Positions 43,456 through 51,730 of a stretch of DNA of 64,000 bases are shown here, one piece after another. The stretch is from Opitutaceae bacterium. GTDB taxonomy: Bacteria > Verrucomicrobiota > Verrucomicrobiia > Opitutales > Coraliomargaritaceae. The translations under genes were made by a program, and so were the position numbers. The notes under the pieces were generated by a model. It made no database searches, was not told where the DNA came from, and worked only from the letters and a program-made list of their open reading frames with translations. Location: contig JBPOFY010000001.1 of the NCBI GenBank assembly GCA_051252375.1, forward strand, positions 480,001-544,000, given 5' to 3'. Numbering within the stretch: position 1 is the stretch's first letter; every line of letters begins with the position of its first letter.

Positions 43456-43516
43456 TAGTGAAACGTAACCGAAGTCGCAGGGCAATGGCGATAGGAATGT
43501 TGCGCGATGGCGCTGC

Positions 43517-45055
43517 TTACTCGCTCGTTTTGTTGGTCGCTGCGTCGATCTGGAGCAGCGCGTCGGCCTTCGAGCGTAACTCGTGGTAGCGGGCTTGGTC
43601 TTCGGCGAGGTTTTCGCCGTAAGCCGGAGTCATTGCTTTGAGTGTGCTTTGCCAGGCTTCTGTCTTCACTTCATCGGGAAAGCATTTTTCTAGCACTTCG
43701 ATGATAATCGAAACCGCAGTGGATGCGCCGGGTGATGCACCGAGCAGTGCGGCGATGCTACCGTCTTGTGCAGCGACGACTTCTGTGCCGAACTCGAGCT
43801 TACCCGTGCTGTCGGGGCTCTTCTTGATGATCTGCACGCGTTGACCAGCGGTGACTAGTTTCCAATCTTCTTCCTTTGCGTCAGGGAAAAATTCACGGAG
43901 CCCATCGACGCGGTCGCTGTGTGACTTGCGGCACTCGTTGATCAAGTATTGTGTGAGCGACATGTTATCGCGACCGACTGCGAGAAGGGGGAGAATGTTG
44001 TCCAACTTTACTGATTTGATCAGGTCGAGTATGGAGCCTTCCTTTAGGAATTTAGGAGAGAAGCCGGCGTAGGGTCCAAAGAGTAGTGCCTTCTTGCCGT
44101 CGATCACCCGCGTGTCGAGGTGGGGGACGGACATGGGTGGCGCTCCAACGGCTGCTTTGCCGTAAACTTTAGCCGCGTGTCTTTCGATGACGTCGTGGTC
44201 TGTGCATACGAGGAACTGACCGCTGACCGGGAAACCACCAAAGCCGAGACCTTCTGGTATGCCGGATTTTTGTAGTAGGTGAAGTGATCCGCCGCCTGCG
44301 CCGATGAAGGCGAACTTAGCGCGCAGCTTACGTTTGCCTTCGGTCTCGCTGTTGATTTTTACACGCCAGCGGCCATCAGGCTTTTGGTAGATGCCAGTGA
44401 CACGTGCTTGCATGGCGAGTTCGACGCCATCCAATGAGATGAGGTAGTCGACGAGTTGCTGTGTGAGTGCGCCGAAGTTGATATCGGTTCCAGACTCAAC
44501 ACGAGTGGCTGCGATAGGCTCGTCGCTCGGGCGCCCTTCATTCAGTAGGGGTGCCCAGCGCGAAATCATGGCTTTGTCTTCGGTGTAGACCATTTCTCCG
44601 AAGAGGTGCTGTTTGCGCATCGCAGCGAAGCGTTGACGTAAAAACTCTTGATCTTCCTTGCCGCGCACGAAACTCATGTGCGGGACACGTTTGATGAAAA
44701 CCGAGGGATCTTTGATCACGCCTTGCTCGACGAGAAAGGCCCAGAAGTGTTTGGAATTTTCAAACTGCTCGTTGATCTCGACGGCCTTGGAAATTTCGAC
44801 ACTACCGTCGGCCTGCTGAGGCGTGTAGTTCAGCTCGCACAGCGCGGCGTGACCCGTTCCGGCATTGTTCCATGCGTGCGAGCTTTCAAGTGCGACGCGT
44901 GGTAGTGATTCAACGATTTGAATTGTGAAATCAGGGTTCAGCTTCTTGAGCATGATGCCCAGTGTGGCACTCATGATTCCCCCGCCGATTAGGACGATGT
45001 CAGGATTGTCAAGAATGGGACCCGTGGACGGGCGGACGGTGCGAGTGGTCGTCAT
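43517..45055 (-). CDS. mqo: Malate:quinone oxidoreductase
   Basis: IGGGIMSATL, NNAGTGHAALCELNYT, APPMSVPHLDTR, LLGASPGAS. Confidence 0.97.
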   Translation of the reverse strand: MTTTRTVRPSTGPILDNPDIVLIGGGIMSATLGIMLKKLNPDFTIQIVESLPRVALESSHAWNNAGTGHAALCELNYTPQQADGSVEISKAVEINEQFENSKHFWAFLVEQGVIKDPSVFIKRVPHMSFVRGKEDQEFLRQRFAAMRKQHLFGEMVYTEDKAMISRWAPLLNEGRPSDEPIAATRVESGTDINFGALTQQLVDYLISLDGVELAMQARVTGIYQKPDGRWRVKINSETEGKRKLRAKFAFIGAGGGSLHLLQKSGIPEGLGFGGFPVSGQFLVCTDHDVIERHAAKVYGKAAVGAPPMSVPHLDTRVIDGKKALLFGPYAGFSPKFLKEGSILDLIKSVKLDNILPLLAVGRDNMSLTQYLINECRKSHSDRVDGLREFFPDAKEEDWKLVTAGQRVQIIKKSPDSTGKLEFGTEVVAAQDGSIAALLGASPGASTAVSIIIEVLEKCFPDEVKTEAWQSTLKAMTPAYGENLAEDQARYHELRSKADALLQIDAATNKTSE

Positions 45056-45198
45056 TGGTTGTATGGTAGCGAGCTATAATAAGTCCGTGCTAGTTGGTAG
45101 GTGCAGGAACTCTCGTGAGTTCGAGTCGATGTAACGTTGGACAGGGTGTCAGTCAAACTAATAGCCGAAATCTCGCCTAGCACTTTTACTAATGGGCA

Positions 45199-46035
45199 CT
45201 ATAAGCCCTGAATGACCGCATCTTGGAAGCGCTTTAGTTTAGCTTTCACAAATTCCTGCACGTTCAGGGTATCGTCTTCGGCGAGATCTGTCAGGTCCAT
45301 CGCAAACCAAAGTTGGTCGACTGTGTCGATACTGTGTGAGTCGTAAAAAGTGGCGTTGGCTTTGCGGCGTCCGATGACGGCATCACCATAGTTCTTGCCG
45401 CCGGCGATTTGTGATTCGAAGCAGTCGTTGAGTTGCTTGGCAAGTTCCGGATGACCGCTGACGTCGAGGGCGATCTTATCCTCATCGCAGAGCCAGTCGA
45501 GATCGCGCCAGACCTCGCAGCCATATACTACTTTTGGGCGAGAGAAGGGTGGCACTCGGCGGATCGCTTCGATCGCAGCGTGGAAAACGGCAACATGCGA
45601 GGCATGCTTGTCGGCCGGGTTATGTGTGTAAACGATTTCTGGCTGGGTGGTGAGTAGTAGCACTTCCAGTTCGTCGACCAGTGCGCTGCGCTGTGCGGGG
45701 TCTTTGATCGTGGCGCTGGAGTAGCCGAGCTGCGCGATGAAACTATATTTCCCAATCTCAGCGGCCTTGCGCTGCTCGGCTAGTCGGATGGCTTTCATCG
45801 CTTCATCCGTTGTGTCGGCAAATTTCCCTGCGCGTGAACTCCCGCCGCCGTCTGTGCAGGTGATGCCACTAAACCAATGCGATGGTTGCTCATAACATGA
45901 ACTGATCCCATGAAAGGCCATGAACTCTAAGTCGTCCTGATGCGCGCCAATGCCTAGGTGCGAGGTGCGTGCTTGCGCCTCAGGCGCGATGACTCCGTCG
46001 GGGATGTAAAGGTTGGCGTTTGGATTGGTGGGCAT
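45199..46035 (-). CDS. PIG-L/LmbE family deacetylase
   Basis: GAHQDDLE, TDGGGS, THNPADKHASH. Confidence 0.88.
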   Translation of the reverse strand: MPTNPNANLYIPDGVIAPEAQARTSHLGIGAHQDDLEFMAFHGISSCYEQPSHWFSGITCTDGGGSSRAGKFADTTDEAMKAIRLAEQRKAAEIGKYSFIAQLGYSSATIKDPAQRSALVDELEVLLLTTQPEIVYTHNPADKHASHVAVFHAAIEAIRRVPPFSRPKVVYGCEVWRDLDWLCDEDKIALDVSGHPELAKQLNDCFESQIAGGKNYGDAVIGRRKANATFYDSHSIDTVDQLWFAMDLTDLAEDDTLNVQEFVKAKLKRFQDAVIQGL

Positions 46036-46136
46036 CTATCTATTAGGAACGATTTTCGGATCGCTTCGCAAGCTCAACGAATTTCAAACAATATATTACT
46101 TGTCTTTCAACCGATAGTTATTTATCTCTTTTTACC

Positions 46137-46811
46137 GTGGAACCACAAATTATGTTAATTATTGGCTTTATTATCCTCGTCGGAGTGGTGGTCTATTTCA
46201 GCCATCTTCAAGCAAAGAAGCGTCGCGAGGCCTTCGAGCGCCTAGCGATGGAGTTAGGCTTTCGTTTTTATCCCGACAAAGATTACAGCTTTGCTTCGCG
46301 TTACGGCTTCTTGGAGCACATGGACGACGGGTCTAAGCGCTATGCGTTCAATCGTCTTTCCGGTGAATTTGAGGGGCAGAGCGCCAACATTTTCGATTAT
46401 CACTACGAGACTTACTCAAGGGATAGTAAAGGGAACCGTCGCACAAGTCATCACTACTTCTCGATTTTTACCTTAGGGCTGCCAGCGAGTTTTCCTGAGC
46501 TCAATATCGAGCGCGAGGGCTTCTTTTCCAAAATCGGCCAGGCGCTTGGATTTGACGATATCGACTTTGAGTCGCTGGAGTTTTCCAAGCGCTATAAAGT
46601 GAAATCTCGCGATAAGAAATTTGCCTACGACTTTTGTAATGCGCAGATGATCGACTATCTGCTTCGCCAACAAGACTTGATCATCGAAGTGGATGGCAAT
46701 ACCTTGGCGCTCACTTTTAAGGGAAAGCTTTCGATTGAAGCGATTCGCCCGAACTTTGAGCGCATAAAGCAGATCCGATCACTCATACCGAATTATCTGT
46801 TTACTAACTAA
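46137..46811 (+). CDS. Membrane-anchored protein of unknown function (LemA-associated)
   Basis: N-terminal TM; DIDFESLEFSKRYKV motif; upstream of lemA. Confidence 0.7.
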   Translation: MEPQIMLIIGFIILVGVVVYFSHLQAKKRREAFERLAMELGFRFYPDKDYSFASRYGFLEHMDDGSKRYAFNRLSGEFEGQSANIFDYHYETYSRDSKGNRRTSHHYFSIFTLGLPASFPELNIEREGFFSKIGQALGFDDIDFESLEFSKRYKVKSRDKKFAYDFCNAQMIDYLLRQQDLIIEVDGNTLALTFKGKLSIEAIRPNFERIKQIRSLIPNYLFTN

Positions 46812-46820
46812 TGATTGTGA

Positions 46821-47015
46821 GAACCGTTAATGAACGTGAATGGACGTTAATTTTTAGATAATGACAGATTTGCTGACAGAAGGTTACCAGATCATTCGTG
46901 ATGTCTTCACGCCAGATGAAGTCGCGCTTCTGTGCGATGAGCTCTCTTGGCACGAGTCAGAAGTTGCTTTCGAAATGTCTCCTCATTAACGTATATTCAC
47001 GTTCATTAACGGTTC
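46821..47015. repeat. 31-bp inverted repeats built from ~10-mer units, enclosing a mini-ORF
   Basis: GAACCGTTAATGAACGTGAATGGACGTTAAT (46821-46851) matches the reverse complement of 46985-47015 at 29/31. Confidence 0.9.
46861..46989 (+). pseudogene. 42-aa mini-ORF resembling a collapsed PhyH-type dioxygenase gene
   Basis: MTDLLTEGYQIIRDVFTPDEVALLCDELSWHESEVAFEMSPH*; N-terminus fits the GYxxxxxxF...E start of PhyH-like proteins. Confidence 0.45.
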
Positions 47016-47043
47016 AATCAATCTACTGTAACCCTCAAATATT

Positions 47044-47607
47044 ATGATACCTACCATTATCGTCCTCGCTGTTGTTCTAGGTCTGCCCGTGCTATATCTG
47101 ATCGTGACTTATAATGGTCTGGTCGCTATCCGGAATCATATCCGTGATGCTTGGGCCAATATCGATACGGAATTGAAGCGTCGCTATGACTTGATCCCCA
47201 ATCTCGTCGAGACGGCTAAGGGCTACGCGAAGCACGAGAGCGAGACCTTGGAAAATGTCATCGCCTTGCGCAACCAATGTCGCGCCAATACGGGTTCGCC
47301 AGCCGAGCAAGCGACGACTGAGAAGCTGCTCGTTTCCAGTTTGAACGGACTCTTTGCGCTGGCCGAAAACTATCCGGACCTTAAAGCCAATGCGAACTTC
47401 CAGCAGTTGCAGGAGGAGTTGGTCAACACGGAGGACCGCATTCAGTCGGCCCGTCGCTTTTACAATGGCAATGTCCGCGACTACCGCAATAAGACCCAGA
47501 CTTTCCCCAGTAATATCGTAGCAGGCATGTTCGGCTTTCCGCCGATGGCAGAGGAATTCTTCGAGGTGGACCCGGTTGAGCGCGAGCCAGTGAAGGTGAA
47601 GTTTTAG
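47044..47607 (+). CDS. lemA: LemA family protein
   Basis: YNGLV, LKRRYDLIPNLV, ENYPDLKAN, RRFYN, FPSN. Confidence 0.95.
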   Translation: MIPTIIVLAVVLGLPVLYLIVTYNGLVAIRNHIRDAWANIDTELKRRYDLIPNLVETAKGYAKHESETLENVIALRNQCRANTGSPAEQATTEKLLVSSLNGLFALAENYPDLKANANFQQLQEELVNTEDRIQSARRFYNGNVRDYRNKTQTFPSNIVAGMFGFPPMAEEFFEVDPVEREPVKVKF

Positions 47608-47691
47608 GAAAAGCTGAAATCTGAAATCTGAGATTTTGAAACGTTTTTAGCGATTATTTCAGTTTTCAGTATTTTAGCGTTTCAGCGTTTT
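47608..47691. repeat. Inverted 7/8-mer tandem arrays (CTGAAAT / ATTTCAG)
   Basis: ctgaaat ctgaaat ctgagat ... atttcag ttttcag tattttag cgtttcag. Confidence 0.8.
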
Positions 47692-47739
47692 ATAAACTTC
47701 GCTTTGACAAGGGGGTGTGTTCTGCCAGACGCTTAGGCG

Positions 47740-50586
47740 ATGGCAAATTTTACCGTAGGACAACGTTGGATCAGTGAAACCGAACCGGAGCTTGGGCTCG
47801 GTATTTTGGAGGAGGTTTCGCGCCACCAAATGCGCTTGGTTTTTCCGGCTTCGAGCGAGGCGCGTTTGTATGCGCCGGCAAATGCTCCGGTGAAGCGTGT
47901 GGAGTTTCATGTTGGCGATACGATTCACTCGCAGCGCGGTGAAATGGTGACGATCGAGGAAGTGCGTGAGGTCGACGGCATCATCACTTACGTCGGCGGC
48001 GGCGTGGAAGTCGTCGAAATGGATTTAGCGGATACGATCAGCTTCAGTAAGCCGGAAGACCGTCTGATTGGTGGGCAGATCGATCAATCCAATGCCTTTT
48101 CTTTGCGCTACGAGGCGATCGAACGCCAGAGCCGGGCGCGTAAATCGCCGGTTGCTGGCTTTGCGGGTGGGCGGATCGACTTGATCCCGCATCAGCTTTA
48201 CATCGCCGCCGAAGTGGCAAACCGCTATATGCCGCGCGTGTTGTTGGCGGATGAAGTGGGCCTTGGTAAAACCATTGAGGCGTGTTTGATTTTGCATCGA
48301 CTACACCTGACCGGACGTGCCGAGCGCATCTTGATCGTGCTGCCGGAGTCGCTGGTGCACCAGTGGTTCATTGAGCTACTTCGTCGATTTAATCTTTGGT
48401 TCACCTTGTTGGATCACGAGCGTTGTGAGGCGCATACTGAAGTCGAGGCAGATACCAATCCGTTCATGGAAGAGCAGTTGGTGATTTGCAGTATTAAGAC
48501 CTTGCTGGAAAGTGAGCGTTGGGCGCAGTCCGCAATCGATGCGAAGTGGGACATGCTGGTGGTTGATGAAGCGCACCACTTGGAATGGACGCCGGAAGCG
48601 GTGAGCCCAGAGTATGCTTTGGTGGAGGCATTGACTAAGAAAAGCCATGGTTTGTTGCTGTTGACTGCTACACCCGAGCAGTTGGGCGCGGAAGGGCACT
48701 TTGCACGCTTGCGACTGTTGGACCCAGAGCGCTATCCGGACTTGGAGAAATTTAAAGAGGAGCAGGCGGACTATTCACAAGTGGCTGCGGTGGCGGATAA
48801 ATTAGTCGGTGGCAAGAAGCTGACCAAGGCGGACACGGGTTACTTACGTGAAGTCTTTGAGGAGTTCACCGACAAGGAATTTGCCGAGCATTTGAAGGAT
48901 CAAAAGTCGCTGTTGAATGATCTGGTGGATCGTCATGGCACGGGGCGGGTGATCTTTCGGAACACGCGTGATGCGCTGAAGGGCTTTCCTGAGCGGAAAG
49001 GCTTGCCGACAAAATTGGGCGCTCGGGCGAAACTCTCGAAGGCGGATCTGCAAGCGCGTTTGTTGCGCGAGTTCGACCTTGAAACCGATACGGCCGAAGA
49101 AGGCGAAGGTTATGATTTTCGCCACGGCCCACGTATCAAGTGGTTGGCGGAGCTTTTACAAGAGCTGGGCGAATCCGAGAAGGTGCTGCTGATCTGCCGC
49201 ACCCGAGATAAGGTGCAGGCGATTCATGATGCGCTACAAGATGAGTTGAATGTGAAGGCTGCGTTGTTCCACGAAGACTTGACCTTACTACAGCGCGACC
49301 GCAATGCGGCTTGGTTTGCGGAGGCTGATGGCGCCCGCATTTTACTTTGCTCGGAGATCGGCAGTGAGGGGCGCAACTTCCAGTTCGCGCACCATTTGGT
49401 GCTGTTTGATTTGCCGCTTAATCCGGAGTTGTTGGAGCAACGTATTGGACGTCTCGACCGTATTGGTCAGACGGAAACGATTAAGATCCATTTGCCATAC
49501 TTGGAGCATAGCTGGACAGAGTTGTTGATGCGCTGGCACCATGAAGGTCTGGATGGGGTCGAGCATTCGCTGAAGGGCGGCTATGCTTATCTGGCGAAAT
49601 TTGGCGAGGCGGTGCGCAAGCTCGGGCCCGTTTACCACTCGGGCGCTGCGAAAGTGTTGAAGCAAGCAGATGCCTTGATCGAAGAGAGTCGTGCGTTTCG
49701 CGACGACCTCGAAGCGCGATTGGGCAAAGGGCAGGACCGCTTGATCGCCTTGAACTCGTTTCGAGAGGAAGACTCTCGCGAGCTGGTTGAGCAAATCGCT
49801 CGGATGGATGCTGACCTCACTTTGGATCGCTTTATGAACCGCATCTTCGACCACTTTGGCGTGACGGTGGAGGACATTGATAAGCGCACTTTTCATTTAT
49901 CGCCTGGGCAGTTGTTTACGGATTCGTTTCCAGGCTTGCCGGACGAGGGGACTGTGGTGACTTGTGATCGCGCGCGGGCGCTGGGGCGTGAAGATGTGGG
50001 CTTTTTGACTTGGGATCACCCGATGGTGCGTGGTTCGATCGACCTGATGCTGAGCTCGGAGAAGGGGAATAGCTCAATTGTTGTTTGGAAGGATACGTCG
50101 ATCGACTCGCCGCCGATTTTGATCGAGGCGATTTATGTGTTGGAGAGCGTGGCGCCGTCACGTCTGCACGTGGATCGTTTTTTGCCGCCGACACCGGTGC
50201 GTATCGTGGTTGATATGCAGGGCGAAGATGCCACTGATGATTTTTCACATCCGTTGATTAACAAGCATTGCGGCGACGAGGAGACCTTCCGGTTGAAGCA
50301 AAATCCGGAGCTTTTGAAGGCGCTTGTGCCAGAGATGTTGAAGTCTGCGCGTGCCCTGGCTCGTGAGCAGAAGTCGGTGCTCTTGCAGTCGGCTATGCAG
50401 GAAGCTCATGCGAGTCTGGATGGCGAAGCGGAACGCTTAAAAGAGTTACGTAAAGTGAACCCGAGCGTGCGCGAGGAGGAGATCAAGATCGCGGAAAACG
50501 TGATCGCAGATGTCACGCGACACATTGCGAAAGCACACCTGCGTCTAGATGCGGTTCGTTTGATTCTTCGTGGTCCGGGCGCTTAG
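47740..50586 (+). CDS. rapA: RNA polymerase-associated SWI2/SNF2 ATPase RapA
   Basis: GQRWISETEPELGLG, LLADEVGLGKT, VDEAHH, SEIGSEGRNFQFA, EQRIGRLDRIGQ. Confidence 0.97.
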   Translation: MANFTVGQRWISETEPELGLGILEEVSRHQMRLVFPASSEARLYAPANAPVKRVEFHVGDTIHSQRGEMVTIEEVREVDGIITYVGGGVEVVEMDLADTISFSKPEDRLIGGQIDQSNAFSLRYEAIERQSRARKSPVAGFAGGRIDLIPHQLYIAAEVANRYMPRVLLADEVGLGKTIEACLILHRLHLTGRAERILIVLPESLVHQWFIELLRRFNLWFTLLDHERCEAHTEVEADTNPFMEEQLVICSIKTLLESERWAQSAIDAKWDMLVVDEAHHLEWTPEAVSPEYALVEALTKKSHGLLLLTATPEQLGAEGHFARLRLLDPERYPDLEKFKEEQADYSQVAAVADKLVGGKKLTKADTGYLREVFEEFTDKEFAEHLKDQKSLLNDLVDRHGTGRVIFRNTRDALKGFPERKGLPTKLGARAKLSKADLQARLLREFDLETDTAEEGEGYDFRHGPRIKWLAELLQELGESEKVLLICRTRDKVQAIHDALQDELNVKAALFHEDLTLLQRDRNAAWFAEADGARILLCSEIGSEGRNFQFAHHLVLFDLPLNPELLEQRIGRLDRIGQTETIKIHLPYLEHSWTELLMRWHHEGLDGVEHSLKGGYAYLAKFGEAVRKLGPVYHSGAAKVLKQADALIEESRAFRDDLEARLGKGQDRLIALNSFREEDSRELVEQIARMDADLTLDRFMNRIFDHFGVTVEDIDKRTFHLSPGQLFTDSFPGLPDEGTVVTCDRARALGREDVGFLTWDHPMVRGSIDLMLSSEKGNSSIVVWKDTSIDSPPILIEAIYVLESVAPSRLHVDRFLPPTPVRIVVDMQGEDATDDFSHPLINKHCGDEETFRLKQNPELLKALVPEMLKSARALAREQKSVLLQSAMQEAHASLDGEAERLKELRKVNPSVREEEIKIAENVIADVTRHIAKAHLRLDAVRLILRGPGA

Positions 50587-50600
50587 GTGCGGCTTGAGCT

Positions 50601-50630
50601 GGTAGGGTGCGCTCGTGGTTCGACCTTACC
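50601..50630. repeat. Short or collapsed GTAG palindrome
   Basis: GGTAGGGT...ACCTTACC. Confidence 0.45.
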
Positions 50631-50654
50631 TCTAAACATACAGAGACGTGGACT

Positions 50655-50706
50655 ACCCTTCCGTCTGCGGCGAGCGCAGACACCTTCCCTTGGCAGGGAA
50701 GGAGCT
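50655..50706. repeat. Two-hairpin intergenic repeat (copy 2)
   Basis: Matches 9445-9496 with a compensatory stem change. Confidence 0.85.
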
Positions 50707-50813
50707 TAATTCCGAATCATGCACACGATTTTCAGGTAGCGCGGCCGCGTCTCGCGGCGCATCCGTCGTGCTGGCTGCGGCTTTTGAACGCTCTTGCGGA
50801 GCGGGGACGCTCC

Positions 50814-50982
50814 GAATGGCACTACCTTAAGCGTAATACCAGCATGACATGTGTAATTTCATTTGGAGGGCAATGCTCCGTCATTGCCGCGGAAACGCCA
50901 CAATGTATCGAACAATCGGCGGTTGCGACGGAGCGCAACCCTCCAGATTTTTACCGAATTTCTTCTTAAGGTAGTGCCATTC
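50814..50982. mobile_element. 169-bp IS4-like MITE with 18-bp TIRs and a 10-bp target duplication
   Basis: GAATGGCACTACCTTAAG / CTTAAGGTAGTGCCATTC; GGGACGCTCC at 50804-50813 and 50983-50992. Confidence 0.88.
50864..50945. repeat. GGAG-type REP doublet inside the MITE
   Basis: TGGAGGG-CAATG-CTCCGT-CATTG-CCGC and inverted TGGAGGG-TTGCG-CTCCGT-CGCAA-CCGC. Confidence 0.85.
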
Positions 50983-51026
50983 GGGACGCTCCTGCGCTAC
51001 CGTTGTTGTCTCTGAATTCGAAAGTA

Positions 51027-51515
51027 TTAGATCTTAGCTGCTTCTGCTGCGGCGACTGTGTAACTTGATTTGAATTCAAGCGTGCGGTCGTCGGTGGTGA
51101 TCTCTAGCAGGATGGTCTTGTTTTTCAGTGGCAGCACTTCGCAAATGATATTGTTCGGTGTTTTGCCGTCCTTGTAGCTGATGGCTTTCCCGCGTAGGAC
51201 GCCACCGTTGTTACCGAGGTCGTTGACGTTGCTGTCGAGTGGCAAAACGATGCGACCTTTGTCGTTTTTCGACTTCATGAGTGGCACTACGATGGAGTAT
51301 TCGCCGACAAGGTTGCCATTCTCCGGAACGAGTGCACTCACTGAAAGTTTTACCGATGCGATACCCACGCGGCACTTCGAATCTTCGATTTCGAAGACCA
51401 AATTATCCCATTCGACGAGGTCTTGCGTCTGGTTGATCTCGGTCGCGTTGAGCGAGAGAGGAAGCCATACAAGAGTGATCGCCATGAAGGCGCCGAGAAG
51501 AGATAAGGTGCGCAT
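51027..51515 (-). CDS. Exported hypothetical protein
   Basis: Signal peptide from MRTLSL; the upstream ORF extension is REP-derived. Confidence 0.7.
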   Translation of the reverse strand: MRTLSLLGAFMAITLVWLPLSLNATEINQTQDLVEWDNLVFEIEDSKCRVGIASVKLSVSALVPENGNLVGEYSIVVPLMKSKNDKGRIVLPLDSNVNDLGNNGGVLRGKAISYKDGKTPNNIICEVLPLKNKTILLEITTDDRTLEFKSSYTVAAAEAAKI

Positions 51516-51595
51516 GTCTGCTGAGTAGTCGCTTGAAATGGGCGAATTGTCAAATCTTTGAGGTTGGTGATGATACCTGAGGGTGCCGACAAAAG

Positions 51596-51671
51596 GGTAG
51601 GGACGCTTGCCCTCAAGCGTCTGTTTGTTGGGGCTATGCACGGCGGACGGCTGAGGGCAGCCGTCCCTACC
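51596..51671. repeat. GTAG REP doublet (family A)
   Basis: GGTAGGGACGCTTGCCCTCAAGCGTC...GGACGGCTGAGGGCAGCCGTCCCTACC. Confidence 0.9.
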
Positions 51672-51681
51672 TTCTGAGCAC

Positions 51682-51713
51682 AAAAAAGACCGTCTCGAAA
51701 GAGACGGTCTTTT
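51682..51713 (-). terminator. Intrinsic terminator after the Na/Pi transporter gene
   Basis: AAAAAAGACCGTCTC-GAAA-GAGACGGTCTTTT. Confidence 0.85.
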
Positions 51714-51730
51714 GGGAAATGGATCGAAGC

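Larger units (their letters stand above)
50735..51001. repeat. GTAG REP doublet (family C) interrupted by a MITE
   Basis: GGTAGCGC-hairpin...hairpin-GCGCTACC is restored by removing 50814-50992. Confidence 0.8.

Noticed and set aside
45091..45183. GTGCTAG/CTAGCAC-bounded region upstream of mqo as a riboswitch
   Set aside because: Only short stems and no recognisable aptamer motif.
47740..50586. SNF2 helicase as a DISARM or other defence component
   Set aside because: Has canonical RapA N- and C-terminal motifs and no defence partners.
50607..50969. 120-aa and 60-aa ORFs after rapA
   Set aside because: They run through REP and MITE sequence and show no transposase motifs.
51516..51683. N-terminal extension of the 218-aa ORF (GRDGCPQPSA...)
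   Set aside because: REP-derived sequence upstream of the likely start; the signal peptide begins at 51515, so it is not counted as a second coding REP.
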